This document shows, one piece after another, positions 47,337 through 61,000 of a stretch of DNA of 64,000 bases. Position 1 is the first letter of the stretch. Each line of letters opens with the position of its first letter. This DNA is from Leucoraja erinacea (lineage: Eukaryota), in assembly GCF_028641065.1 (NCBI RefSeq), contig NC_073399.1, forward strand, positions 30,256,001-30,320,000, given 5' to 3'. The position numbers and the translations under genes are program-made. The notes under the pieces were generated by a model. It made no database searches and was not told where the DNA came from. It worked only from the letters and a program-made list of their open reading frames with translations.

Positions 47337-50300
47337 TGCTGTTACCAAAGCAAATCTGCAGAATTATTTTAATTTCTCTAAAAGAGGAAGTATTCTTCAC
47401 TATCCAATGGAATTGGATATGCATGTTGCATTTTTTTTGATATTTGCAGTGATGCAGAAAAAAGCAATAGTTGTAACTCATTGGTAGCACTGGTGAATCA
47501 GATGGTGGTGGGTTCAAGTCCATTCCAGATGAGATATTAAACAGCTTTTTGTTTGTTCCTCTAACTAGATATAAAATATCCCACGTAGAAGAAGGGGAAG
47601 GCAATCTCTTGTTGGTTAATATTAACTTCTTGAAGCATCATCACTACTTATAAACGACCTTGTCATTGTAAATAAAAAGCAAACATTTGTTAATATGGAA
47701 GTGGTAACAAGGTGCTTAGAGAAAAAGTTAAACCGCAGGACAGTCAGCAATAACATGAAACGCACATCATAGGTAATGGAGAAGCTGCAGATACAGAATT
47801 TGTGGACTTTCTTCCAGCATTTGATAAGGTTACTAAACAAAATTAAAGCCTTGGGTTTGGGAGAAGAACACTGGAGTGAACTGAGAGTTGGTTAATGAAC
47901 AGACCATTGGAATACCTAAGTTATGAGTTGGCAGGCTGAATCTTGGGGTGCTGCTGTCCCAGTGATTTGCAAGGTATTTCATCGATTTGGATGAGGGGGA
48001 CCAAGTGTAATATATTCATGTTTGCTGACACTAATCTGAATGGCATTTTGTGGAATATGCAGAGGCTTGAGGGTGATATAGACAGGCTATATAGAACAGT
48101 ACATCACAGAAACAGACCCTTGGGGCCCCACAGTGTCCAATGTTGATGCCAAGTAAACTAATCTCTGCCATCATGTGACCTATATCCCTCCATATTCCAG
48201 GGCCTCTCTAAAAGCTGTGAGGACATGGCAGTCAGATTAAAATGTAAGATAATGAGGTTGTCCATTTGGGTTTAAAAAAAAATATTTTTTGATGTGACAG
48301 ATTGAATGGTGTTGGTATTCGGAGAGACTTGGTCACACTTGAATGGAAAATACATGTGATATGTTCGTCTTTATTGTCAAAGGATTTTGTTCCAAAAATA
48401 GAGATGTCTTAAATTATATCAGGCCCTGGTGAGACATGCATATGTTGATTAATTTTCTGTGTTTAGTGCCTTTTCAGTTACAATATCCAAAATAGAATTT
48501 GGCCAAATTAGAATATATTTAAATACCCTTAAATCCCAATATTTCACCCAGTCTACACGATTATTTAACTGCATTAGTTATTGGATCGTTAAAACGGAGG
48601 AACCAAAGCATCATTGGAACTGCTTTCTTATGTCCTGGTTTACTGATGTAGGTTATCCAGCATTAAATTAAAATGTCAGATTTATTTTTTTGCTTTGAAT
48701 TGTTCTTATTCTTTATTCCTTGTCAGATGACTAAAGGGTTAACTAAAAATAGAGATTTTTGGGGAGCTGGGCGAGGGGTGGTGATATTGAAAAGAAACCA
48801 TGTTGCTTAATCCTATTGATTGTAAGACTTGTCCTGAATTTAGTTAATTGGTGAAATTGGTTGCAAACTTTGATTCAAAGTGATGATTGGGGATCAAAAG
48901 GGATTTTCTGCTCTTGGGCCAAGGACACGTGGTTTGAATTGGGCAAATTGATCGACATTTTAAAATACTGCTGCTAGTCTAAGAATCTTTGCTGTACAAG
49001 TCATTAATTTATCCAGATACAATAGAAAGAAAAATGTATGATTCAATCGTACATTTTCATCTATTGCAATACAACATAGAAACATAGAAAATAGGTGTAG
49101 GAGGAGGCCATTCGGCCCTTCGAGCCAGCACCGCCATTCATTGTGATCGTGGCTGATCGTCCCCTATCAATAACCCGTGCCTGCCTTCTCCCCATATCCC
49201 TTGACTCCACTACCCCTAGAGCTCTATCTAACTCTTTCTTAAATCCATCCAGTGATTTGGCTTCCACTGCCCTCGTTGTGACATGGTCTTAAAAAATGGT
49301 TAATTTATTTATTTTGACTGTGTGAATAAAATATTGATTGAATTTAGTTGTTACCATAAATTTGTTTGAAATTAACATGGCATTTTAGATGGATTGATAA
49401 CATGACATAAATTTGATTTTAAAATGCTATTGTTCTATCCATGACTTCTACATCAATTGCAGACATACTGTCCATTGTGACAATTTGTATCAAAGTGTGT
49501 AATATTTACAATCATTTTATATAATAGTCATTGCACTTTATAACTTGTTCTGAATTCCTTAATACTTAATGTGCATTCATCTGAGTGCAATAAATTTGTA
49601 TCTGCAAGTCACTAAAATATGAGTTATGCCATCCTTGTCAATTAAACAAATTCTTGTGAGCAATGTACTCCAATTAAAATGTGCAGTCATTCCTCATTTG
49701 CTTCATTCTTTGCACAAGTAATGTTATAGAAAATAAAACATGACTTTGGCGTAAGTAAAAATCAGAATATTAAGTAGATGCAAATTGCATTTTAGAATAA
49801 ATGATAGAAGAATTTTCATGCAAAGGTGAAAAGCTATTTCAAAATATTCCCAGCATAGAAGTATTGCTGCATTAATTAATAGAGAAAATTACATTCTAAC
49901 GGTGCAATGCAAATATTTTGGGTATTAACAGTAACATTCCAAATAATACCATGAGGCGTGGTTAAAGGCCTGTTAACTTTCCAGACTTTCTAAAAATGGG
50001 TTAAATCACTTAACTGTTGCACCATAAATGATGCATGAAGTATATTCATACCAGATTGGGGAATTCGTGTGGAACATGTAATCTTAGGGCTGATCACATT
50101 TTGTCCCAGGAGATATTGGAATAGATACAAGAAAGTTGGAGCAGGAGTAAGCCACCTGTCTCCTAAAGCCTGCATTGCCATTAAATATGGACATGACTGA
50201 TCTACCTCAGGCCTTAAAACTACTTCAGTGCCAGTTCCACATAGTCCTCAATTCAAATTGCCCTCATTGTTCAAAGGTCTGTCAACCTGATCTTGAAGAG

Positions 50301-52131
50301 TACAATCTCTGTTTACAGTTCTGCAATCCTTTAAGGACAGAATTCTAGAAAGTTGCTACCTTCTTAAGAAATTCCTGTGCATCTCAGTTTTAAATAAGAC
50401 CAGTGATCATTTTATTGGGAACTCAGAAGATTAGGTCAACCATCGGCCCTCTTCTGTGCCTGTTTTACAGAGCATCCAATTCCTGATCTTTAAAAACAAA
50501 TGTTTACCACGTCTTTAAATAAATCCAGGGTTGACAGGGCCACGGAGCTAGAGAATGGAAACTGCCTCTTCAGTTCATCCACCATGTATTTCAACCACTC
50601 ATTTAATCCACTAGCCACACATTATTCCCATTTAGAAATTCTCATCTACTCCCATCAGACGTTATCGCAGCAGGATGATCAAACTTTCCTGGTTTTAATC
50701 AGACTTTACTGGACTTTATCTTGCACCATACATTCCCTTATTCCGGTATCTGTACACTGTGGGTGGTTTGATTGTAGTCATGTATAGTCTTCCTGCTGAC
50801 TGAATAGCACATAACATAAAGCTTTTCACTGTACCTCGGTACGCGTGACAATAAACTAAACTAAACCCGCACTGCCACAGAGAATGTGCACACTCTGCAC
50901 AGACAGCAACTGAGATAAGCATTAAAGGCTGGTCTCTGATGGAGAGCTTTAATAGCTGTGCCTCTGTCCACCCTTGTAGTTTCCACAGTCCACCTTACAA
51001 AGAATTCTGGAGATTCATACCCTCTGTGCTAAGTTTTTTTGGAAACCCATGTCCCATATGGTACTGTGTATGATGGCTGTCTTGTTTCCTGTTGTCTTTC
51101 TAATCATTCAACCCCGCGCCCCCCCCCCCTCTGCCCCACTCCCCTGAAAAATCAATTGTGAATTGTCTAATAACTCTGCACAATTGAACATTTTAAGACT
51201 CAAAACTCTTTAATGTAGCATGTTCGCTGAATATAAAGTCATCTGCTTCAAAATACAGTCAGACAGTTAAACTGCTATTTAGACATTAACAGTGTTTCTG
51301 ATTGCTAACAATTGGGAATATTTAAACCTGTAGAAGACTTTTAATGCAACATTAGATTCAGATTCAGAAAACTTTATTGTCTGTCGTAACAGAAAATCTT
51401 TGACGTGGCTCAACATACAGACAGGACAATGTACTGATAAGCAGTCATACAGCACAGATTTCTGCGAGCACACCCAATGTGTATCGATCTTAAAAGCAAA
51501 TATAAGATTAAAAACTGTAAAAATAGACAAGATAAAAGTTGTGGATACGTGTAAAGTGACAATGCGTCAGGGTTAATTTGTCCATTGTTCATTTTTTTAT
51601 TTAAGCTGTTTATTAGCACATTAAGTCCATGTGAAGCTCATGTTATATGATCTGTTATATTCTTCCTATAAAAATGTTTTTCTTAAGGGACATATAAAGA
51701 CTATTTACAAAAGCTGCAGGTGTTTCGCCTCTGCATTTTCCTGATCAGACATTTTCCAGCTTTGTTTATTTTATCAAAATCTATTTCATTGTCATTATTT
51801 GTCTTCAGGTCATTGAGAAATTTCTGCAATTCATGTCACCATTTTTATGTTAGTTAAGGTATTGTTATTGGGTGCATTCTAGCTTATTGGGCTTAACTTG
51901 AGTGGCACGGTGGTAAATCTGCTGCCTCACAACGCCGGAGAGCCATGTTCGATCATGACTATGTGTGCTGTCTGTGCAGAATTTGCATGTTCTCCCTGTG
52001 ACCGCGTGGGTTTTCTCTGTGTGCTCCAGTTTTCGTCGACATTCCCAAGTCATGTGGATTTGGAGGTTTAATTAGGTTCTGTAAATTGTCTTATGTGAGA
52101 TGCAAAAGTAAGATAACGTAGATCTAGTGTA

Positions 52132-52542
52132 TGCACTATGGGAACTTCACTCACCCCCCTGCAGGAACTATACAACAGGAGGTGCAACTCCAGAGCAAAC
52201 AAAATCATGAGAGACCTCTTCCACCCCTGCAACGGACTGTTACAGCCGCTACGGTCAGGCAAACGCCTCCGTTGCCATGCAGTGAGAACGGAGAGGTTGA
52301 GAAGGAGTTTCTTCCCAGAGGCAATTCGGACTGTAAACGCCTTTCTCACCAGGGACTAACTCTACAGAACGTTTTTCCTTCTATTATTTATTATGTAAAA
52401 GAATATGTGTGTTATGATTGTGTTTATAATTTGTTTGGTTGTTTTGTTGTTTGTCTTTTGCACAAAAGTCCGCGAGCATTGCCACTTTCATTTCACTGCA
52501 CATCTCGTATGTGTATGTGACAAATAAACTTGACTTGACTTG
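52132..52542 (+). mobile_element. Rex1/Babar LINE 3' end nested in a SINE
   Basis: HPCNGLLQPLRSGKRLR...RLRRSFFPEAIR; (CTTGA)n tail. Confidence 0.85.
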
Positions 52543-55500
52543 GGTGATTGATGGTAGATGATGGACTCGGTGGGCCAAAGGGCTTGTTGCCACACTGTAT
52601 CTCTAAACTCCAAACAGTCGATTGGCTGATGTGCACTTCCCTTTCTTTGATTTGGGATTATTTTTCTTCAATTAAATGGACAGATCCCATCATTTGGACC
52701 CAGCATGGTTATGAAAGTTATTTAAGGGAGAGTTCCTCTGTGATGTGATGCTATTTTACACCAATATTTATGACAGCAACAAAAGTGACTCTTCTAATAA
52801 TCCCACACCTAGCAAAATGCTCATTTTAATTAATACTTTCTTGTTTCAAAATAACCAACAAAACTAAAATTAAAATATTGGCCCAATTGCATTTTTGGGA
52901 CATGAATATTAGCACGAGAGATTTATATCTTTGCAGCACCTTTAAAATTGTGTTACCTGTGTTGTGTTTTGTACATTTTTTTCATGCCACTTCTATTGTC
53001 TTGTTAATTGACATTGGGACCTGTTTGCTTTGTTTAAGTCTGAAGAAGGATCCCGACCTAAAATGTTACCAATCCACGTTCTTCAGAGATGCTGCCTGAC
53101 CCGCTGAGTTACTTTCAGCATTTTGTGTCTTCTTTAAGATTTTGAAAAGCATCCAAATTCAGAAATCATTGACGATCTCTCTAATTTTTTATTCGGCGTA
53201 TTCCCGATTCTCCCAGCCCCATTTTGTTTTATTTTTAGTTCTGAATTTCCAACTTTCATTTTAATATGAAATGAAAATGCAGAATTTTACTGTTTGGTTA
53301 GCATGGTGAGGAAATATAGTCCAAGTCGTAGAGCAGCACAGCATGAGAAAGACTACGTACACCACTGTACACCACATGTACTATGTAACGGTACTTCTAC
53401 TAGAAATCTATATTTTCTACTGCCCTGGAATTCTTATAGTCCAGTGAAATCAAGCAGCCTTTTATTTCACGTGAATGACAACATATTTCGATAGACATTT
53501 GTATCCAAGTAATGCAAAGTTGTTGTATCACCTGGATAGCATCTCAACTATTCCCTTGCTTCCTTTAGTAATCAGCCCTTGCCCACACAACAGTTGATGT
53601 TTAAGCACTTGCCTGTATATTTCCAGCTATGCACCATGACCACCACCTAGTGGATGCGTCTGACAACCATGATCTGTGTTGGAAGGAACTGCAGATGCTG
53701 GATTATGCCAAAAATTGACACAAAATGCTGGAGTAACTCAGCGGGATAGGCAGCATCTCTGGGTAGAAGGAATGGGTGAGACCCAAAATGTCACCCATTC
53801 CTTCTATCCAGAAACCCTGCCCGTCCCAAACATGATGATCTGCTGCAGAAACGGGATGAGCAATTAAACGTAGCAATGAACATAATTTACCTACTTTGAA
53901 ACTGTGAAAGTTGAAGTATATTTTAACATGATAACATTAAAAAAGAAGCCATCACAGTGAATCACGATTATAGAGTTCAGAAGTCCATACAATAAATGCA
54001 ATAGGACTGAAAACAAAAGTATCGCCACCGGATGAATTACATCTAATGTGAACTAGATAACAAAATATTTTCAATTCCGAGATAGTATAATAACTTTAAA
54101 GGATGCTCTTTCTGAATTGTTTACTTATTTGGATAACACTGTAAAATAGTTGTACTAAGGACTTTTACACTATATTGGGTTTTTTTTTTTTTTTTACATT
54201 ATAGTGCTTTTTGTATTCATTGTTTTTGTGTTTGTTATATTTCCTATTGAGTACTGTGTTTACAAATCTGTTGTGCCAGTCCAAGTAAAAATGTCATTGT
54301 TTTGTTTCAGTGTATATGACGATAAAACACTCTTTGCTCTTCCTACAATTAATCATGCTTCAGTGAGGAATAGGTTCTGGAAGAGTTAAGTAAAATAATT
54401 AACAATTGCAGGAACAAAGCAGGTCAGGTCTCATATCTGGAGGGGAATAAATGGGTGACATTTTGGGCTGGGTCTTCTCCATTCCCCTCCAAAGATACTG
54501 CCTGACCTTCTAAGTTCCCCCAGTTGTTTGGTTTGCTCAAGATGACAGTTTCCAAGATGACAGTTCTACTGTGTCTCCATTCTGGAAGTGTTATTTTGGT
54601 TCAACTCATGTCATACCATTGTTAATCCCAGGATTATTTCGTGAAGCTTCAGGAAAACCATAGCAATACATACAATATAAACCACAGAAACATTTAAATT
54701 AAAGGTAACATAGAACAATGTCCAAACTCTGCAGTGAGAAATATTGGGCCAGAATATTAAACATTATTTAATCAATATATCTAATTTTTCACTGAATAAC
54801 ACTACCGAGTACTCCATACACATTAATAACTCCCACTGCATATTGCATTCACATTGTGACAAAGATTTAAGATGATCCGCTCACAGTGAACCAATGACAA
54901 TTTTGTAGAGTAACCTCCATTAAGAAATTCAGCATCGAGACACAAAGAATGGTCGATGATGCTGACCAATCAAGGCTTTTGCACAATTTATGGGAGAATG
55001 GGAGGTGGGAGGAAGTTAGTTAGTAAGTTAGAGATACAGCATGGAAACAGGCCCTTTGGCCCACTGATTTCTTTCTTAAGTAATTTATGTAATTATATTC
55101 ACTGTTACTTTTCTACTCCATCATTTTTAAAAGTTGTGAGCATAAGTCTCAAAGTTTTTTTTTGTATACAGGAGACTGCAGATACTGGAATCTTGAAAAA
55201 CTGAAGGAAATATTTGTTAAATGCCCTATGATTTTTATTCTCAGTCTAAGAGTTCATGACTTCTTGGGCTAAAAATCTTTGATTTCTACTCTCCATCATC
55301 TCTCTCAGACTTTAATTTAATTTAATTCCTGGAGAGTCCCCACGGGGTGAAATATAGACAGCACAAATACATATTAATATATTAGAAATTCTCCCAGATT
55401 ATTTCCCTTTATGTTTAAAACAAATTGTGAGATTCAAAAATCACAAATGCTCTTGAGACAAATTCAGACAAAGAAGTGTTTTTATTAATTTCATATTCTG

Positions 55501-55825
55501 CAGAATATAGACAGCACAAATGCATATTAATATACTAGAAATTCTCCCAGATTATTTCCCTTTATGTTTAAAACAAATGATTCAATTCTGAGTAATATTC
55601 TCCATGTGGGACAACTGGAGAGGGGGTTAAGGAAAGGAATATGCTCAGTAAGAAATGTTAAATGTCTGATTATAAACAAACGTTGCCTGTAGAATATTGT
55701 GGGATGATAAAACACTGAGCTCACATCGCGGTCGGAACTAATGTTCTGGGGACCGGGTTGTGTTCAGAACTAATGTGTGCGTCGAACCAGAAGCAGGAAG
55801 GAGAACACAGCTGGAGCACAGAGAG

Positions 55826-55842
55826 ATGGCTGGAGATCCCTG
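55826..55842 (+). CDS. STX8: STX8 (syntaxin-8) coding exon 1, copy A
   Basis: ATGGCTGGAGATCCCTG|gtgaga; 17 nt, splices in frame to 57683 giving MAGDPWLAKYDST; small CpG-containing patch just upstream (55725-55800). Confidence 0.7.
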
Positions 55843-55854
55843 GTGAGAGGCTGA

Positions 55855-56030
55855 GGAGGGAGGAGAGTGGATGGAGATAGTGGAGGACAGGAGAGAGGGG
55901 GTGGATGGAGATAGTGGAGGACAGGAGAGAGGGGGTGGATGGAGATAGTGGAGGACAGGGGAGGGGGTGGGTGGAGATAGTGGAGGACAGGGGAGAGGGG
56001 GTGGATGGAGATAGTGGAGGACAGAGAGGG
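55855..56030. repeat. GA-rich tandem repeat (~35-bp unit) downstream of STX8 exon 1 copy A
   Basis: About five GTGGATGGAGATAGTGGAGGACAGG... units. Confidence 0.9.
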
Positions 56031-56197
56031 GGGGGGGGGGGGGAGGGACAGGAGAGAGAGGGAGGGGAGGGGGGAGAGACACCAGGGATGAGGGAGAGGG
56101 GGGAGTAGATGGAGGGGATGAGGAGGGGAGAGGGGTAAATAAGGGGAAGGAGAGGGAGGTGGTGGGTTGAGGATGAGGTCAGTGCTGGGGAGCAGAA

Positions 56198-56214
56198 ATG
56201 GCTGGAGATCCCTG
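56198..56214 (+). CDS. STX8: STX8 coding exon 1, copy B (identical 17 nt, intact donor)
   Basis: ATGGCTGGAGATCCCTG|gtgagc. Confidence 0.5.
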
Positions 56215-57682
56215 GTGAGCTGCTGAGGGGCGGGAGAGAGGAAGAGGAAGGAGTGGAGGTGGAAGGGAGATGGAAAGTGGGTGTGTGTGTGGGGCAGGGA
56301 GGAGAGGAGAAGGAGCAGAGGGAGGGTGGGTGGATGGGAGGGGAGGATGGTGGATGTAGAGAGAGGAGGAGGTGGTCAATAGGTCAGTGCAGGGGAGCAG
56401 AGGAATGGCTGTAGATCCCTGTTGAGCTGCAGGGAGTGGGAGGGGAGGGGAGAGGTGAGGGAGGTGGAGGCCATCGATGCCAGGGGTGCAGGAGGGTCAC
56501 AAAGCTCTAGAGACACGAGGAACTGAGTTATACCAGCACCTTATGTTCATTACAAAGTCCTGTTGATTGTAAGGTGCCTGAGCTGCATCCAGCCACCCTC
56601 TAATGAACTAGGGTCAATCCTTGGTTTGACAGTCGGGGTAAAGCGTGGGATGAGGTGGCAGAGTGGTGCAGCTGCTGGAGCTGCTGCTTCACAACAACAG
56701 AGACCTGGATTCAATCCTGACCTCGGGTGATGTCTGTGTGAAGTTTGCACGTTCACACTGTGATCATGTGGGTTTCCTCTAGATACTCTGGTTTCCTCCC
56801 ACATCCCTTAGACATGCTGGTTTGTTGGTTAATTGGCTTCTGTAAATTGCCCCTAGTGTGCAGGGAGTGGGTGAGAAAGTGGGATAACATAGAACTGGTG
56901 TGGACATGTGATTGATGTGTGGACTCGGTGGGCCAAAGAGTGTGTTTCCATGTTGTATCTCTAAATTAAGCTAAAAACTAAAGGCAATAGGAACTGCGGA
57001 CGCGGGAATTTTGAGAGAAAAAAGCGCAAAGTGCTGGAGGAAGTTAGTGGGCCAGGCAGCATCTGTGAGTGAACGGGCAAGCAATCTGTTAGGTCGGGAG
57101 GGATCTGGTGAGCTGTGTAATTATGGATACATTTCTGCTGTTATCAGTAATCCACAGTGCCCAGCGAATGTCCAGTTTTGAGCTGCCTGATCTGTTTCTG
57201 AATTTAGACCATTCAGTAATTTTTCAGTGCCACGGAGGCTGTCCACAGCTTGAAGGTGGGACCTTGTCTCTTGCAGGACTATTTTGTAGATTGCAATGTC
57301 ATACACCATGCCAAAGCCCTTTGGCCCACTAAGTCCACGCTGATCATTGCCTTGTCAATTATCTTCCCCTTTGCTCTACATACTGTACTTGAGTTTGATT
57401 TGATTTTGTTATATATGGTATTATCTGATTGGACAGCATGCACAACAAAGCTGCTTACTGTACATCAGTACATGTGACATTAATAAACCTACATCTGTTC
57501 CCCACTTATGCTCAGTAGTGATACGTATGACAATACTTTCCAACCTATTGACTCAGGCAAGAGTGGTAGCATCGATGCCGTGAGCAATAGTCTCACTAAA
57601 TGTATTTAAATAACCCAAATTTATGAATTCTTAATCTTATTTGCGATCGGACTATTCAGTAGCTTTTCTCTGATTTCTGCAG

Positions 57683-57782
57683 GTTGGCGAAATACGATTC
57701 CACCTGGCGCTTAGCGCAGGACATTGCTGAAAACGTTCATGACCGTAACCGACAGCAGAGGACGGGAGGTAATCCGTCCAAG
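57683..57782 (+). CDS. STX8: STX8 coding exon 2; gene continues beyond the window
   Basis: (W)LAKYDSTWRLAQDIAENVHDRNRQQRTGGNPSK resembles recalled human MAPDPWFSTYDSTCQIAQEIAEKIQQRNQYERKGEKAPK; tttctgcag| acceptor, |gtacat donor, 100 nt. Confidence 0.88.
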
Positions 57783-58004
57783 GTACATTGTGTGATGGGC
57801 ACCACGGCTTTGCAATTCCTTTTGTTGCTCGTCATTTTTTCCATGATGTCATTTAAAGAAATATAATTAGAGAAGGAAGCATAATTCAGCTAGGAAGTGT
57901 CTTCTTCTGGTAGTATATCAGAGTCACAGTCAGACCCAAAGGTCCTGCTACTTTTGAGGCACTTTACATGGGCAGCAGAGTGGCACAGCGAACAGCGCTG
58001 CTTC

Positions 58005-61000
58005 AATAGACAATAGACGATAGGTGCAGGAATAGGCCATTCTGTCCTTCGAGCCAGCACCGCCATTCACTGTGATCATGGCTAATCGTCCACAATCAGT
58101 ACTCCGTTCCTGCCTTCTCCCCTTGTCCCTTGATTCCGCTAGCCCCAAGAATATCTAACTCTCTTTTGAATGCATCCAGTGAATCGGCCTCCACTGCCTT
58201 CAGAGGCAGAGAATTCCACAAATTCTCAACTCTCTGGGTGAATTTTTTTTTTTCCTCATCTCCATTCTAAATGGCCTAATCTCGGTTAACTTTTTTTCTC
58301 TGTTGCCAGCGGGCAACTTAGGCAGCTTTTTAGGTTGCCAAATTACAGTTTAGGTGGTCAATTGAAGATGGCTTGCATGATGCGTGCGATAATGTGCTCG
58401 AACGAAGTCCGTAGTTACCAGTCGGAATTATGCTCAATGAAGCATTCACATATTATTTCTGCTTCAAATAAAGTCGCAAACTAAACAAATTCACCAATCA
58501 AGACATGATATATAGCACAATGACGCAGCAAAATTATAATACGGTATCTCAACTCTTTTTACACATTGCATTTAATGCAATTTCTATTATTTCTTTCCAC
58601 TTCCAAACAAAAATGTGGTTGGATTATTCAGTGTATGATCAACCTGTGTCAATAAAGGGAACAGACACAACGGGTCTGCACTTGGTCTAGTAATTTTATA
58701 TGTTTCTATAAGATGCCCTCTCATCCTTCTAAACTCTAGTGAATACAAGCATAGTCTTTTCAATCTTTCCTCATATGGCAGTCCCGCCATCCCAGGGATC
58801 AATCTTGTGAACCTACGCTGCACTGCCTCAATCACAAGGATGTCCTTCCTCAAATTAGGAGACCAAAACTGTACACAATACTCCAGTTGTGGTCTCACCA
58901 GAGCCCTGTACAACTGCAGAAGAACCTCTTTACTCCTATACTGAAATCCTCTTGTTATGAAGGCCAACATTCCATTAGCTTTCTTCACTGCCTGCTGTAC
59001 CTGTAAGCCAACTTTCAGTGACCGGTGTACAAGGACGCCCAGGTCTCGCTGTACCTCCCCCTTACCTAACCTAACCTCATTGAGATAATAATCTGTCCCC
59101 TTGTTTTTGCCGCCGAAGTGGATAACCTCACATTTATCTATATAATACTGCATCTGCCCACTCACTCAACCTGTCCAGGTCACCCTGCAACCTCCTAACA
59201 TCCTTGTCATAGTTTACAATGCCACCCAGCTTTGTGTCATCTGCAAACTTGCTAGTGTTGCTCCTAATTCCCTCTTCTAAATCATTAATATATATGGTAA
59301 ACAGTTGCGGTCCCAACACCGAGCCTTGCGGCACTCCACTCGCCACTGCCTGCCATTCTGAAAAGGACCCTACTCTTTGCTTCCGGTCTGCCAACCAATT
59401 TACTATCCATGTCAGCACTTTACCCCAATACCATGTGCTCTAATTTTAGTCACCAGTCTCCCGTGCGAGACCTTATCAAAGGCTTTCTGAAAGTCTAGAT
59501 ACTCTACATCCACTGGCACCCCTTCATCCATTTTACTTGTCACAGCCTCAAAAAATTCCAGAAGATTAGTCAAGCATGATTTCCCTTTCATAAATCCATC
59601 TTGACTTGGACTAATCATTTTACTGCTATCCAAAAACCCCATTATGACCTCTTTAATAATTGACTCCAGCATCTTTCCCACCACCAAAGTCAGGCTAACT
59701 GGTCTGTAATTCCCCGTTTTCTCTCTCGCTCCTTTCTTGAAAAGTGGGATAACATTAGCTATCCTCCAATCCACAGGAACTGATCCTGAATCTATTGAAC
59801 ATTGGAACATTATCAACAATGCATTCACTATATCTAGCCACCTCCCTGAGGATCCTGGGATGCAGACCATCAGGCCCAGGGGATTTATCCCATTAGCCTA
59901 CCCAATACTATTTCTCGCCTAATGAAAATTTATTTCAGTTCCTCTACCCCCTTAGGTCCTCTGTCCTCCAGTACATCTGGGAGATTGTTTGTGTCTTAGT
60001 GAAGGCAGATTCGAAGTACCTGTTCAACTCTTCTTCCATTTCCTTGTTACCCATAATAATTTCACCCGTGTCTGCCTTCAAAGGGACCCACATTTGACTT
60101 TGCTACTATTTTTCCCTTAACATATCTAAAGAAGCTTTTACTGTCCTTCTTTATATTCCTGGCCAGCTTCCCCTCGTACTTCATCTTTTCAGCCCGTATT
60201 GCCCGTTTTGTTTCCTTCTGTTGTCCTATGAAAGTTTCCCAATCCTCTGGCTTCCGGCTACTCTTTGCTGTGTTATACATCTTTTCTTTTAGTTTTATTC
60301 TATCCCTAACTCATAACCATATAACAATTACAGCATGGAAACAGGCCATCTCGGCCCTTCTGGTCTGTGCCGAACACTTATTCTACCCTAGTCCCATATA
60401 CCTGCACTCAGACCATAATCTGACTGAGCTTGAGCTATTTTGCAAAGAAGAATGGGCAAAAATTTCAGTCTCTAGATGTGCAAAGCTGGTAGAGACATAC
60501 CCCAAAAGACTTGCAGCTGTAATTGCAGTGAAAGGTGGTTCTACAAAGTATTGACTCAGGGAGGCTGAATACTTTTGCACGCCTCACATTTCAGTTTTTT
60601 ATTTGTAAAAAAATTTGAAAACCATGTATCATTTTCCTTCCACTTCACAATTATGCACCACTTTGTGTTGGTCTATCACATAAAATCCCAATAAAATACA
60701 TTTACGTTTGTGGTTGTAACGTGACAAAATGCGGAAAAGTTCAAGGGGTATGAAAACTTTTGCAAGCCACTGTACCTATCCAATTTATTTTTAAATTATA
60801 AAATCGAACCTGCCTCCACCACTTCCACTGGAAGCTCATTCCACACAGCTACCACTCTCTGAGTAAAGAAGTTCCCCCTCATGTTACCCTAAACTTCTGT
60901 CCCTTAATTCTCAAATCATGTTCTCTTGTTTGAATCTTCCCTACTCTCAACGGAAAAAGCTTATCCACTTCAACTCTGTCTAACCCTCTCATCATTTTAA

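Noticed and set aside
55855-56030. Regularly spaced repeats as CRISPR-like array
   Set aside because: Head-to-tail GA-rich minisatellite without unique spacers, in a eukaryotic locus.
57739-57795. MTVTDSRG... as a possible MGAT5B first exon (expected from human synteny)
   Set aside because: No real similarity; another frame of the same exon fits syntaxin-8 with correct exon sizes and phase.
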